Assembly: GCA_021849905.1 (NCBI GenBank)
Contig: JAJZSG010000001.1
Span: forward strand, 1-38,408
Direction of reading: 5' to 3'
Length of the DNA: 38,408 nt
From: Pseudomonadota bacterium
GTDB lineage: Bacteria > Pseudomonadota > Gammaproteobacteria > Legionellales > Legionellaceae
Every line of letters begins with the position of its first letter. Within the stretch, counting starts at the first letter, position 1. The position numbers and the translations under genes are program-made. The notes under the pieces are model-generated. The model saw nothing but the letters and a program-made list of their open reading frames with translations, made no database searches and was not told the DNA's origin. Positions 19,014 through 29,163 of this stretch are shown here, one piece after another.

Positions 19014-19471
19014 CAACGCGCTCCCAATAGACGTTGTCGAGTTTTTTGGGCACGTCGGTAATGAAAGGCTGTTGCAAAAAGGGAAAGACAAACAAGCCCT
19101 AACCATACATGAGGATTAAATGTTTCTTGAATAAACATGCGGTGGCTAATTGCGATAAGGGGCAGCAATGCAATGACCGCACACATTAAAACGTCGATAC
19201 TATTTTTGACGATAAACTTGATATCACCAGACTTGCGGGCTGCTTTTAAGTTCAATGTTGCGTTTGTGACGCCTATTAACGTCAGTAAAAAACCACACGC
19301 AGCACTCCAGACCAAAGACGTCAAATCGCTTTGAGTGAAGGCATCAATGGCAAGGCTGCTATCCGCTGGCAAAATAGCCCACGCTATGTTGAGCACGCCT
19401 AAGTAATACCAACTCCACAGAATAAAAAATAACAGCTTATCAATCCAAGTACCGATTTGATTACGACTCAT
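19013..19471 (-). CDS. Hypothetical 4-TM membrane protein inserted between traU and trbC
   Basis: 152-aa hydrophobic ORF. It is translationally coupled to trbC (TGATG) and starts 16 nt after the traU stop. Confidence 0.6.
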   Translation of the reverse strand: MSRNQIGTWIDKLLFFILWSWYYLGVLNIAWAILPADSSLAIDAFTQSDLTSLVWSAACGFLLTLIGVTNATLNLKAARKSGDIKFIVKNSIDVLMCAVIALLPLIAISHRMFIQETFNPHVWLGLVCLSLFATAFHYRRAQKTRQRLLGAR

Positions 19472-19486
19472 TTAACGCTCCTGTTG

Positions 19487-20458
19487 TTATAAAAATACGC
19501 AATTTCTCTTGCGCCACACCAAAAAACCATATTGGTCTGGTGTATGCGGCTTAATCTTTTCCGTTTCCCAAGTCAGTGTTGACGAACCGGTTGGGTAACA
19601 ATGCCCACCATCAGCGACTTGATTGACCATTTCGTAGCGATAACGTGATTTGGGAATGGTAGGCGTGTAATGCTCAGTGCAAATTCGTGCCGCATCAGGA
19701 CTTGAATCAAGAATGAGACCTTCACGATGTAATTTGTAATTTAAGCGCTCAGCAAGCAGTAATGCCGTTTGCACGGGCGATACTGGTGCATTAACGTGTC
19801 CTGTTAATGGGTAGTGACTTCCTTGAGAGCCAGCGCACCAAAAAAGACTGTCCATTGGAAGGGAGTTTATGGTTGATGACAGGGCGTCCGCCGCACACGA
19901 GGTTTGCGCGACTGGATTGCCAAATAGCGTTGCTTCAGGATTTAAGACAAAGCTCATTTCTGAATCAGACCACTGTGGGTCAAGTTCTGTCAGATAGGCG
20001 ACATCAAAATCCCCTGTTTGCAGGCAGCCGACACTCGTGATAATGCTGAGCCAATTTAAGAGCGGATATTTATACCAATGCACATGATAAAAAGCGCTCA
20101 CCTCCCCATGTCCTACGTGATGTTGTCCGCCGCGAGATTGCTTTAGTCCAAGGTTTACTTGATGACCACCAAGATTCACCAAGCAATAAGGCGTGTCCGT
20201 TACATCAACAATTGCATGGGGTTCCCAAAAGCCAATATTAAGACCGATGCGCGTGCCGCATCGTCCAATTGGAAGGGATGCGTTTCGCGTATCAGGCAAG
20301 TGACTGCCAACAATGTTGGTGTTCCCAATTGAGAGCGGAAAAAGGCATTTCCAACAGACATCTTTAATGGGATTTAAAAAATGGCCGGTGCAATGAGATG
20401 CGCTTGCAACATTAGACAACACGAGGAAAAGGCTTAACAAAAACCCTTTAAATGACAT
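19487..20458 (-). CDS. traU: TraU
   Basis: 323 aa with a signal peptide. The conserved VCWKCLFPLSIG motif is typical of TraU. Confidence 0.9.
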   Translation of the reverse strand: MSFKGFLLSLFLVLSNVASASHCTGHFLNPIKDVCWKCLFPLSIGNTNIVGSHLPDTRNASLPIGRCGTRIGLNIGFWEPHAIVDVTDTPYCLVNLGGHQVNLGLKQSRGGQHHVGHGEVSAFYHVHWYKYPLLNWLSIITSVGCLQTGDFDVAYLTELDPQWSDSEMSFVLNPEATLFGNPVAQTSCAADALSSTINSLPMDSLFWCAGSQGSHYPLTGHVNAPVSPVQTALLLAERLNYKLHREGLILDSSPDAARICTEHYTPTIPKSRYRYEMVNQVADGGHCYPTGSSTLTWETEKIKPHTPDQYGFLVWRKRNCVFL

Positions 20459-21083
20459 CGCCGTTCTCCTTAATCACAATCTCTGAAAGGATCAGGCGAT
20501 TGCCATCGCGTGTGACGGTTGCAGGAACTGCTTTTAATTGAAATCGAGAGGACAAACGACCGCTTTGATCGAAGTAAATTATCATGTTGAGTGCGTCTTC
20601 GGCGTCTCGTACCGCACCGCCCGTTAAAATGAGCTTAGGTTGTTGGCAGAAGTCCATTTGACGACGCGCCCACAAGACTTGCGCTTTATCATCTGCATTA
20701 AAGAAGAGCCAGCATGGCGCATAGTTAGGGCGTGCTTCTAATCCATTGACACGCGTTCCCGCCGGATAAATAACATGACCCAATTCATTTAAAATATCTT
20801 TAGTTAATGTCACGGTGGGGTCGTAGTGGACGGTTCGCTTTATCACAGCGCGAGGTAAGCCAACAGGTTTGGGGCGATTAGCTGAACGAGCCGCCGTTTC
20901 CTGCCATTCAGACTCAAGTGTCTGTAACGTACCGTTCTCGCTAAGTGCCTTTAATTTCAGCTCAATAAACGCTAAAAAGCTCATTTCTCGCACGGGAAAA
21001 GTCGCACCAATGACGCCAAAGGATTTTGCAAAAGAGGCGCATGCCACGAACGTCAATAAAACGCCACAAACGACATGCTTCAT
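20448..21083 (-). CDS. traW: TraW
   Basis: 211 aa with a signal peptide. F-like position between trbI and traU, with overlapping junctions. Confidence 0.85.
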   Translation of the reverse strand: MKHVVCGVLLTFVACASFAKSFGVIGATFPVREMSFLAFIELKLKALSENGTLQTLESEWQETAARSANRPKPVGLPRAVIKRTVHYDPTVTLTKDILNELGHVIYPAGTRVNGLEARPNYAPCWLFFNADDKAQVLWARRQMDFCQQPKLILTGGAVRDAEDALNMIIYFDQSGRLSSRFQLKAVPATVTRDGNRLILSEIVIKENGDVI

Positions 21084-21415
21084 GATTGGCCTCGCATAGC
21101 GCGCGAAAGCCGTGGGATTATGTCTTCAGTGACATCCTTGCCACTGGATAGTACGTGTTTGCCATCAAGGATGACGACTCGTTTTTCATGCGCATAGGCA
21201 TCTAACACGTCTTGCAGCTTGCGTTTGAAAGATACGCTTGAGGTATTAACGAGTTCTTGGCTCGCTTTATGCAGCGCCAATTGATGAATGAATTGACCAC
21301 GAACTCGTTGAACATCAAAAGTGGCAACGCTTGTCCCTGATTTCATTAAACCCAAAAGTGCCGCACATGCCAAAGCGACAGCCATACAACTCATCGTGAA
21401 GGTCAATATTTTCAT
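21080..21415 (-). CDS. trbI: TrbI
   Basis: 111 aa with a single N-terminal TM. The C-terminal segment ...HEKRVVILDGKHVLSSGKDVTEDIIPRLSRAMR parallels F TrbI ...QKHHAVILVSPAVVQGAPDITREIQQDIARRMR (recalled). Confidence 0.75.
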   Translation of the reverse strand: MKILTFTMSCMAVALACAALLGLMKSGTSVATFDVQRVRGQFIHQLALHKASQELVNTSSVSFKRKLQDVLDAYAHEKRVVILDGKHVLSSGKDVTEDIIPRLSRAMRGQS

Positions 21416-24024
21416 GCGGCATCCTCAACCGGCAGCCTTGCCGCACGCCGAACCGCATCTCCGATAGATACGCCGTCATCTAGCAACGCTTCGATTTCCC
21501 CAAATACATCGCCGCTCGTTGAAAAGAGTGCCGTTGCAAACGGATCGGCGAAATAACGATGGAAGGTACTGACTTTTCCGAATTGCATCATCATGCTTGA
21601 AAACCCCTGCCCTTTCGCCTCACCAAAAGACTCAATCATCTCAACTTGATGCGGGGTAAATACGTCAGGATGGGCCGTCACATAGGTTTGAAAATCCCCT
21701 TGCCGCATAATGATTTTGGTATCACTGCTCGCCGCAATGGCTCTGCCTTGAAGCGTCTCGTTCGTATCCCCTAAGAACTGCGTATTCACTGAAAATCCGC
21801 CGTTATGTTTGCGTGCCGTTCGAAACCCTGTTGCGATAAAGTTTGCTGCTACAGGATTCCCACCTAACAAAAAGCGCCAGGCTTCATCGATATTGCATTG
21901 TTTTTTAATACGGCGGTCGGTGTGATAGAACTGTCCTTGGATAATGACAATCATCACAAACATCACTATCGTTAAAAGCTCTGGGTTCGTTGCAAGCTCA
22001 CCCATTTCAAGAACGATAAAGTTGGAGTCATTTAACAACGGTGTTTTTCCATTAAACATCGCCCCATAAACGCCATTTTTTCCATATTGAATTAGTAAAA
22101 GGATTAAATCCTTTAAGCGTTGGTCACCGATAGACTCAGAATCAGTGGCTAATATTTCGCGAAGTACGACAATCACATCATCAATGCACGCATCCCCTTT
22201 GAAGCGTTTCCACACTTCAAGCGTTGCACGCAGGAGCCAGGCGTTTTGTACAGCATCAAGCGGGGCATTGGGGCTTGCCATGAGGCCTAACAAATCGCGA
22301 ATTTGCACGTAGTCGTTTACTTTCTCGATATCTTTCTCGCGAGCAATCTCGGTGACACCTTCAAAATCAAACAGCGTGAATGGATTTAAAGAGAGCGTTG
22401 ACGCATCAATATAAGTACCGCCCACCATTTCACATAAATGCTTATATGAACCCCCTAAATCAATCACAAAGGTCAAATGGTCACGTGATTGTGCTTCTTG
22501 CAGGAGTGCTAATTGAAAAAAGGACTTACCCGAACCGCTTGATGCAACCATTAAGCGGTTGTAATTAGTGATGGGCAAGCTTTTTTCGTCAAATGGATCG
22601 TAAAAAAATAACTGATGTCGGTAGGTCGGCAGAATTAAACCTGAGCGCGAGCCTTTGAATTCGGCAATAATAGGCATGAGGTTGGCGACATTGTAATGCG
22701 TTAAGGTTTTTGTCATGCCTAATGTTTCAAAGCTTTCAAATAGCCCCTCGCTTAAAAGGAAGGGAAGACTCCCAAGATATCTAAGCCACTGTTTGCAGGG
22801 GGTTGGTGTAAGCGTAAACTCACATTGGCGAAAGGCACTTAACGCTTTAGCAAGATGTTCGCGAGCATTTTCTTCGGTCGTGAACAGCGTGACGTTGTAA
22901 ACGGTTGGAAAAAGCTCTAAATTGCCCTTGCTTCCCTCTTCATGAACGATTGCCCATTCTTCCGCTTCATCTTTGATGCTGGGGTTCATAAAGACTTGTA
23001 TGGCTTTGAGATTGTTTGAAAGGGATTTAGCACGACGTTTGGCGGATACTCGCAGACGCTCTTGATTCGCGCCTCGAATGGTAAAACTGATTAAAAACGG
23101 GCATTGAATACCGTGTTCCGCACGCATGAGATTGGCGAATAAATCAGGCGTTTGCCATAGTGCCCATGGCGTATTTTTTTTAGGGTAGCCTGATAACTCG
23201 CATTGAATCACACGAACCTTGTGTTCTTCGCCGTCTTGATTTGTCGTACTGAAATTGATAGTGCGATCGGCTATCTCAACCATGATTGATGGGTCAATGA
23301 TTGCTTCGCGCAACAGCTCATTTTCATGTGAGACGGCTGGCCATTCTATGTCATCAAGATTGGGTGCCGTGAGCGCTTTCAATAGACGCTGAAATTCATC
23401 CCTATCGACATCTTCAAAAGCAAGGCCTGCCACTTTTAATTCAGACGAAAAATCATCACGCAGGTGCTTTAATCGCGTTTGATAATCGCCTACTTTTTGG
23501 CATGACAAGAAGAAATAACATCGATAGTCAGCTAATTGCGCGGGGATGTTGCGTCCATTGGGGTAGCCCTCCTTGATGGCTTTTAAATGAAACTTAAGGC
23601 TTTGGCGTGCAAGCTCTGCATGTACCCCGCCCTTTTTCATAATGGGCTCATAGTTATGAGCTAATGCATCACCAATATAATGATGCTTATAAAGCATGAC
23701 CGTACAATCAACACCGACAGGTAGCTTCGTTTTAAATAGCTCAGCCATTGATTTCATGAGCGACATGTCTGCCCCACTGGCGGGCAAGACATGCAGCCCA
23801 AACCCTGCCGTTGTGTGATTAATGAAAATGAGATCGGCATCGATAGATTCATAGGGCAACACGCTTTTAAATGAAGGCAAATCTACTGTGATAAGCTTTT
23901 GGGCACGTCCCGCATCAAGCACTGAGGACGGCGCATGACTCGCCGTTTCGCCTAATAGATGAGAGAAGCGATGAAAATGCTGGCGCGCTTTATCCCTTAT
24001 CAAATGTACCCATGAATCGTTCAT
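21412..24024 (-). CDS. traC: TraC (VirB4-family ATPase)
   Basis: 870 aa with Walker A SSGSGKSF. Size and position match F TraC. Confidence 0.95.
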   Translation of the reverse strand: MNDSWVHLIRDKARQHFHRFSHLLGETASHAPSSVLDAGRAQKLITVDLPSFKSVLPYESIDADLIFINHTTAGFGLHVLPASGADMSLMKSMAELFKTKLPVGVDCTVMLYKHHYIGDALAHNYEPIMKKGGVHAELARQSLKFHLKAIKEGYPNGRNIPAQLADYRCYFFLSCQKVGDYQTRLKHLRDDFSSELKVAGLAFEDVDRDEFQRLLKALTAPNLDDIEWPAVSHENELLREAIIDPSIMVEIADRTINFSTTNQDGEEHKVRVIQCELSGYPKKNTPWALWQTPDLFANLMRAEHGIQCPFLISFTIRGANQERLRVSAKRRAKSLSNNLKAIQVFMNPSIKDEAEEWAIVHEEGSKGNLELFPTVYNVTLFTTEENAREHLAKALSAFRQCEFTLTPTPCKQWLRYLGSLPFLLSEGLFESFETLGMTKTLTHYNVANLMPIIAEFKGSRSGLILPTYRHQLFFYDPFDEKSLPITNYNRLMVASSGSGKSFFQLALLQEAQSRDHLTFVIDLGGSYKHLCEMVGGTYIDASTLSLNPFTLFDFEGVTEIAREKDIEKVNDYVQIRDLLGLMASPNAPLDAVQNAWLLRATLEVWKRFKGDACIDDVIVVLREILATDSESIGDQRLKDLILLLIQYGKNGVYGAMFNGKTPLLNDSNFIVLEMGELATNPELLTIVMFVMIVIIQGQFYHTDRRIKKQCNIDEAWRFLLGGNPVAANFIATGFRTARKHNGGFSVNTQFLGDTNETLQGRAIAASSDTKIIMRQGDFQTYVTAHPDVFTPHQVEMIESFGEAKGQGFSSMMMQFGKVSTFHRYFADPFATALFSTSGDVFGEIEALLDDGVSIGDAVRRAARLPVEDAA

Positions 24025-24070
24025 TTTATATTCCTTGTTGTTTCATTTTTCGTGAATGGATTCGTTACGC

Positions 24071-24346
24071 CTATTTCATGGGGCGGGGTGGTACCCAAAC
24101 TTTTGAGCTCAAATGGTTTGTGCTCTCATAACGGTTAAGCCTACCAATGCTTCTTTGGTGTCTGCTTGAGTGACCATGACGGCTATCACCGTCGGCGTAA
24201 CGCGTCATCGCATCAACTTGCTCGATGGTCATGCAGCTATCACTTGCTGTTGCATGACAACTAAACGCTGAATTCATTGGCGAGCAGGCGCTCATCAAAA
24301 GACTGGTTGTGCTGATTGCTATAAATGCAATATTGTTTAATCTCAT
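24071..24346 (-). CDS. traV: TraV lipoprotein (short form)
   Basis: Lipobox LLMSAC. FSCHATASDSCMTIEQVD matches F TraV FECNATASDTCMTMEQAN (recalled). Confidence 0.8.
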   Translation of the reverse strand: MRLNNIAFIAISTTSLLMSACSPMNSAFSCHATASDSCMTIEQVDAMTRYADGDSRHGHSSRHQRSIGRLNRYESTNHLSSKVWVPPRPMK

Positions 24347-25704
24347 GGCTGTACTCCTGTTGAAGCAAAGGATTGGTTGGAAGCACTATCAATTTGATTT
24401 AAAACTTCTGGCGGTACAGTAAAGTTTGGTGAATCCGCGGGATTGTCCGGCGCGCCTTGCTCATTCATTTCGCTTCTCAAAGGCCGCATCGGACGTGTGC
24501 TTTGATATTTTTCTTCTGAATGACTGTCTTCTGCGGGTTCTAGGTAAAATCCATCTTTAAAGACAATGGTGACCACGTTGCCAGACCCGACCTGTATCAC
24601 AGGGTGGTACTGCTCCGCACGTTTCACGTAATATTGCGATAACACATCAGCAGCCTTTGAAGCGCCGCCATAGGCGGCATAAGGGCCAATATTAGATTGT
24701 GGTACAACCGAGGCTGCCCCAAACGAACTAATACTTTGTACCGATTGTGCGTATTGCGCAGCACTTGCAATCCCAGAGAGCGCACCACTAATTCCAGCCC
24801 ACTGCATGATTTTGTTATCGCGCATCAGCGGTACGCCCTTCACGCCAACCTTGCCGTTGAAAAACACCCATCCCGTGACTTCTTTATCAATAATTGGCTC
24901 GCCAGGATGTGCGCAAGAAATCTTGTAAAGCGTTGCAAAGGCCCGTTCACTAGAAATGTCACCATAAGCATTACCACTTACACGACAGCCTCGAAGGCGT
25001 GAGCGCTGGCCATTAGGTAGCGTACCGTCTTCTAAGAACTTAAATAACATCACTCCGTTGTTTCTACTCTGGCCGTTCACCGATGCATCAGCATCAGCAC
25101 CGCCTAGAATCACTGCTCGCACCGACGTGTTCGAGGGTACATAACGATTGGGGTTGAGGCGTGTTTGCGGCTTTTTGTGATGCGCTTTTCGAAAGGACAC
25201 CGTATGAATACGGGCAGGACGTGACACCATGCGTGATAAGCCATTTGCGGCTTTATTGCCTCCGTTATGCCAGAGACCGGCTTGAGTGCCATTCAATGAT
25301 GCTTGTGAACCGTTTGTGAACTGACGTTGTGCATCAGTCACGGGTGATGGTGTGTTCTTTATCTGCGCCGTTTCTTGGCGTTTCATCGCCATTTCACGTG
25401 CTTCTTTTTGATGAACTTCATTCATGTCTTTAATTGATTGCGACAATTGACTCAATTGCGTTTTTAATGACTCTAGCTCACTTTGTTGGGCAGTCATCGC
25501 GCTTACCGCATTGGCGTCGGTAAAGGACTCATCAATAATTCCGGTTAAATCGGTCTTTTTATCAACGGCACTGTGCTTTTTAGGCTTGGCGTCCGCAAGA
25601 AGTGCCACAATCGTCATGCTTAAGACCAATAGACCACCGCCAACCAAACTCATCATGCGCATTTGGCGTGATTTAATTAGGCCATTCAAGCGTAGATTAG
25701 CCAT
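24343..25704 (-). CDS. traB: TraB (VirB10-like)
   Basis: 453 aa with an N-terminal TM, a coiled-coil/Pro-rich linker and a C-terminal beta domain. Overlaps traK and traV. Confidence 0.9.
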   Translation of the reverse strand: MANLRLNGLIKSRQMRMMSLVGGGLLVLSMTIVALLADAKPKKHSAVDKKTDLTGIIDESFTDANAVSAMTAQQSELESLKTQLSQLSQSIKDMNEVHQKEAREMAMKRQETAQIKNTPSPVTDAQRQFTNGSQASLNGTQAGLWHNGGNKAANGLSRMVSRPARIHTVSFRKAHHKKPQTRLNPNRYVPSNTSVRAVILGGADADASVNGQSRNNGVMLFKFLEDGTLPNGQRSRLRGCRVSGNAYGDISSERAFATLYKISCAHPGEPIIDKEVTGWVFFNGKVGVKGVPLMRDNKIMQWAGISGALSGIASAAQYAQSVQSISSFGAASVVPQSNIGPYAAYGGASKAADVLSQYYVKRAEQYHPVIQVGSGNVVTIVFKDGFYLEPAEDSHSEEKYQSTRPMRPLRSEMNEQGAPDNPADSPNFTVPPEVLNQIDSASNQSFASTGVQP

Positions 25705-26419
25705 GAGCGACCTCGCGTACCCGATAAAGGATTGCTGTTTCGTGTGGCTTGAGGATGGGTTGTGAAAGCTTCATCGCAGTGACATCTTTATCTTCAAACC
25801 ATTCTGGCAATAGGTTTAACGCTTTACTGCCGCCGTTATAAACTTCTAATCGTGAAGCCTCTACCCCCTCCCCTTTCCATATTTCTTTCGGGACAAGCGA
25901 CAGGCCCGCACCCATGCGCTCAGCTCGTCCAAATGGATGGCTGACTGTCATGCCCGGCATGATTTCCTTGCGCTCCATATGATTAATAATTTCGAGCATC
26001 GCGTCTTGATGAGGGTCTTGGGTGATTTTAGGACTCAATTGAGGTGCGACCTTTACGGGGCTTGATGCCAAAGCTACTCTTGGCGCTACAAGCTCAACCG
26101 TTTTGCCAAGCCCAGCTTCGCCTGTCACTGTGACTGAAAAGTGATGTCCGGCTTCGGTTGTGAGAAATAACGTGAAGGGGCTCGACTCTGCTGTCAGCAT
26201 CACATAAACGCTACCATCTTGCTCATCACGCTTAATGCCCATAGCTGTTTCAGGAAAAACTGCTTCAACGATTTTGTCGTTTTTAACGACTAATCGGTTG
26301 TAATTGGATTGGCTTAAATTGAGCGTCACGTCACTGTTGTCACGCACTGACAGTGTCGTCTGTCCAAAGCTTTGTGAGGCCAATAATGTTAATAAACTAC
26401 CTGCAATGAGGTTACGCAT
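25697..26419 (-). CDS. traK: TraK (VirB9-like)
   Basis: 240 aa with a signal peptide, in the F-like position. Confidence 0.85.
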   Translation of the reverse strand: MRNLIAGSLLTLLASQSFGQTTLSVRDNSDVTLNLSQSNYNRLVVKNDKIVEAVFPETAMGIKRDEQDGSVYVMLTAESSPFTLFLTTEAGHHFSVTVTGEAGLGKTVELVAPRVALASSPVKVAPQLSPKITQDPHQDAMLEIINHMERKEIMPGMTVSHPFGRAERMGAGLSLVPKEIWKGEGVEASRLEVYNGGSKALNLLPEWFEDKDVTAMKLSQPILKPHETAILYRVREVAHG

Positions 26420-26981
26420 GCTCTAACTCCTTTATTTTTGTAAAACTTAAAATCGATAAGCGTCCGAACCGATAACGGTAGGTAAGCTCATAGGTGATGC
26501 GTGCAGATTTGAGTTCACGCCCACCGACTGCGCGACTCAGAACGCCTGTTATGGTTGCTTTCAATGCACGGGGGTCTAAGTGCATGTCAGTTATCTTAAA
26601 ATCACTGGAGATTTTGTTTTTTTGAACGGCCGCTTCTTCATGTGCGAGTGTTGTTTGCATGGATGCATAACGACTGCCATCAACAAACGTTAAGAGGCGT
26701 TTGTGAGCACTCATAATTGTCTCAGGCGTTATATTGAGACGCTCATTAATGAAGTTCTCGCTCATGAGGCTTAAGTACTTGGCATCAACAGACGCGTCGG
26801 AATTTGTAAAGCCGTGACTACTTTCAAACGGCGTTACGAGTACTTTTTGATGAATGCTCGTATACCATGCGAGTGCTGCGAGCAAAACATTACTGATAAG
26901 CAGTCCAAACACCAAAACAACCATCAAGTTGAATCGTGCTGATAGTTGACTCAATCGATTCTGGTAAAGACGATGTTCCAT
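26412..26981 (-). CDS. traE: TraE
   Basis: Start set at the ATG (MEHRLYQNRL) with a GAGG SD; the longer GTG-initiated form would overlap traL. It has a single TM, in the F-like position. Confidence 0.85.
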   Translation of the reverse strand: MEHRLYQNRLSQLSARFNLMVVLVFGLLISNVLLAALAWYTSIHQKVLVTPFESSHGFTNSDASVDAKYLSLMSENFINERLNITPETIMSAHKRLLTFVDGSRYASMQTTLAHEEAAVQKNKISSDFKITDMHLDPRALKATITGVLSRAVGGRELKSARITYELTYRYRFGRLSILSFTKIKELEHA

Positions 26982-26989
26982 AAGCACCT

Positions 26990-27289
26990 CTATGCGACCC
27001 ACACTCTAAAATGTGAAGGGGTAAGTTTCGGAAGAAAAAATTGGGTGCAGGCGTTTGGTAAATACCAATACGCCAACACCAGCAACACGCGTGGACTATC
27101 ACCCTTTTTCAAATAACGCAGTATTGAGAGCATTAAAAAACTGGTGATAGCGACCACAACTTTCTGGTTGCATACTGCGAGCAACAGAAAGCCAAGGCCT
27201 GCTATCACCACTTCATCTGCCGTTAAGCTCAAATACCGTTTTGGCTTATCAAGCTCTGTTAAAAACCGAAACATGACTGCGTTATTCAT
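26990..27289 (-). CDS. traL: TraL
   Basis: 99 aa. FRFLTELDKPKRYLSLTADEV ... LKKGDSPRVLLVLAYWYLP parallels F TraL [21 protein letters not shown] ... LKKGRGSSWLRDLIYWYMP (recalled). Confidence 0.85.
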   Translation of the reverse strand: MNNAVMFRFLTELDKPKRYLSLTADEVVIAGLGFLLLAVCNQKVVVAITSFLMLSILRYLKKGDSPRVLLVLAYWYLPNACTQFFLPKLTPSHFRVWVA

Positions 27290-27303
27290 GAGAATTCCTC
27301 GCT

Positions 27304-27585
27304 TTAAAATACAAAGGTTTTAATCAGGAATGTCGGAACAAACGCCACCGCCATCACGCCAATAAAGACCATTGGATTTTTTGTGGTGACTGCTGAACCC
27401 GTTGCGAGCATGATGGCAACGAGGGTAAATATTTTCCAAAATTTACCGTCACCACCTAATGAAGCCTGGACGTCACCTTCTAGCGCTTTGCTTAATAAGT
27501 CCGTCGCAAATGCCGACTTTGCAATTAAACTCAGCGGTACTGTGGTTAGACCATATTTCACTGCGTTGATACATTTTTTAATCAT
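27304..27585 (-). CDS. traA: TraA propilin (F-type)
   Basis: 93 aa with a long leader ending AFA, followed by two hydrophobic helices. It is the first gene of the tra operon block and has an AAGGAG SD. Confidence 0.75.
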   Translation of the reverse strand: MIKKCINAVKYGLTTVPLSLIAKSAFATDLLSKALEGDVQASLGGDGKFWKIFTLVAIMLATGSAVTTKNPMVFIGVMAVAFVPTFLIKTFVF

Positions 27586-27699
27586 TTTTATTGCTCCTTG
27601 TAGTTTTTAACTTAAAAAAATCCCCTGAGCGCAGTTCTGAGCTCATTTTGTAATCAATGTGATGAGTTGCTTATGTTTAAATGATGTGGCGCGTTATGC

Positions 27700-28065
27700 T
27701 CACCCTTGAAACATCGTGTTATGAGACATCAGCTCATTATTTTTTTGGATTGCAAATACAATCCGATCCAGGTTTTTGTTGATTTCTTTTGCTTCATGAA
27801 GGAGCGCTACATACGCCAATGCTTCAGTCGTTCCGGGCGCATTGACGTTTATACTCATGAGCATGGCGTAAAGTTCGCTTCCATGAAGAATTTTCCTAAA
27901 TTTCAGCACATCAAATGAATCATTCAACCTATTCAGACTGTTATCATCAAACGTAATGCCTCCTGTTGATGCTTGCTCGATGTTATTCGTTGTCGATGCG
28001 GGCGACTCGGCAAAGGCACCACCTATTCCAGTTAACAAAATGACGGCTAGTATCAATGGCTTCAT
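27700..28065 (-). CDS. Hypothetical secreted protein (121 aa)
   Basis: Signal peptide MKPLILAVILLTGIGGAFA. No recognisable domain. Confidence 0.55.
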   Translation of the reverse strand: MKPLILAVILLTGIGGAFAESPASTTNNIEQASTGGITFDDNSLNRLNDSFDVLKFRKILHGSELYAMLMSINVNAPGTTEALAYVALLHEAKEINKNLDRIVFAIQKNNELMSHNTMFQG

Positions 28066-28096
28066 GTTTCAATCTCCATATAAGTTGAGTACGCGG

Positions 28097-28321
28097 CTAG
28101 ATGTGGATTTGTGAGGTTTGGGCTTCATGACAGAAATCCAACACATCTGCATCAATCCGTCCTACGAACCGCCAAAGAAATGATTCCGGCATTTGAGTCT
28201 TCAGAGCCCCAATCGCCTCACCGGGTACTCTCACGTGACGTCCGCATTCTGAGCCCTGAGCAAAGATGCTTCCCGCAGTCAAAAGACTTGCGAGAAGTAC
28301 GGCACTTTTTGCAATGTTCAT
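28097..28321 (-). CDS. Hypothetical small secreted protein (74 aa)
   Basis: Signal peptide MNIAKSAVLLASLLTAGSIFA and two Cys residues. No recognisable domain. Confidence 0.45.
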   Translation of the reverse strand: MNIAKSAVLLASLLTAGSIFAQGSECGRHVRVPGEAIGALKTQMPESFLWRFVGRIDADVLDFCHEAQTSQIHI

Positions 28322-28373
28322 GTTTAGTTGCTCCTGTTGTTGTATTTAAGTTCTGAAATCGTTGTTGCTGTGC

Positions 28374-29138
28374 TTAAAAAATTCCAACCAATGCTTTGAC
28401 GAGGCCGGTTTTAAGTGCAGGTATGGCGTCTTTAAAGCTCAAATTAACTTTGTCTGCGTTAGAAATAATCCTCACACGATATCGTTGAAATTGGCTGTCG
28501 GTGGTTGATGTTTGATTTAAGCTGGATGAACTACCTTGGCGAAGGGACGCACGATGTACTTCATGGACTTTAACGCCACCGGCGACCTTTTCACTAATTT
28601 GTACGTCAGTGATTATGCTGTAGTTCACATCTTTAATCAGAGAATCTGCTGCTAAACCAGCGACACCGCCTATTATGCCGCCACCTATCATCGCGTTAGT
28701 GTTATGGGTTAATGAGCCAAGTGCAGCACCTGCGACACCACCTGCAAGTGCACTACCATATCCTCCACCTAATGCCGATTGGCTAGCTGAGATAGACATT
28801 TTGCCGACTTTTAGAATGTTAGCTTGTAGCAAGTAGTGTGCACTATTGGGTGAGCCAACGACCTGATATCCATGCGCTTTGAAAGATGATTTTAGTGCAG
28901 GCTCTAGATTCAAATTCTCTTGGTCTGAGGTGTTCTTAACTGAAACAAATACCGTTTTTTGATTATCTGCAACAGGGTTTAAGAAAACCGTTTCACTTAA
29001 TTTGGTTGATGTTTCCAAGTGACCATGTTCAAAAGCGGTCTGTGTTGCAGCGCAACCCGTTAACACAGCTACTGCCCCCATTGTTGCCGCAATATTCACG
29101 GTTTTTTTGTTTATATTTCTTCTTAAAAAACCTTGCAT
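28374..29138 (-). CDS. traT: TraT surface-exclusion / complement-resistance lipoprotein
   Basis: Start moved to MQGFLRR... (AAGGAGA SD 7 nt upstream). Lipobox LTGC is present. Long colinear similarity to F TraT (recalled): SETVFLNP...TVFVSVKNTSD...GYQVV.SP..A.Y.LQANILK...VNYSIITDVQISE...LRQG...YRVRIISNADKVNLSF. Confidence 0.9.
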   Translation of the reverse strand: MQGFLRRNINKKTVNIAATMGAVAVLTGCAATQTAFEHGHLETSTKLSETVFLNPVADNQKTVFVSVKNTSDQENLNLEPALKSSFKAHGYQVVGSPNSAHYLLQANILKVGKMSISASQSALGGGYGSALAGGVAGAALGSLTHNTNAMIGGGIIGGVAGLAADSLIKDVNYSIITDVQISEKVAGGVKVHEVHRASLRQGSSSSLNQTSTTDSQFQRYRVRIISNADKVNLSFKDAIPALKTGLVKALVGIF

Positions 29139-29163
29139 AACATTCTCCTTGTTGTGTTTCGTT

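Noticed and set aside
27611-27650. Possible terminator or attenuator between the 121-aa gene and traA
   Set aside because: It has only a 5-bp stem with a 10-nt loop, and the T-run starts 5 nt after the stem. That is too weak to call.
27383-28356. Plus-strand ORFs 27383..27610, 27706..27918 and 28111..28356; similar antisense ORFs at 32482..32835 and 34448..34645
   Set aside because: Each is antisense to a gene with a signal peptide or a recognisable domain, and none has an independent supporting signal.
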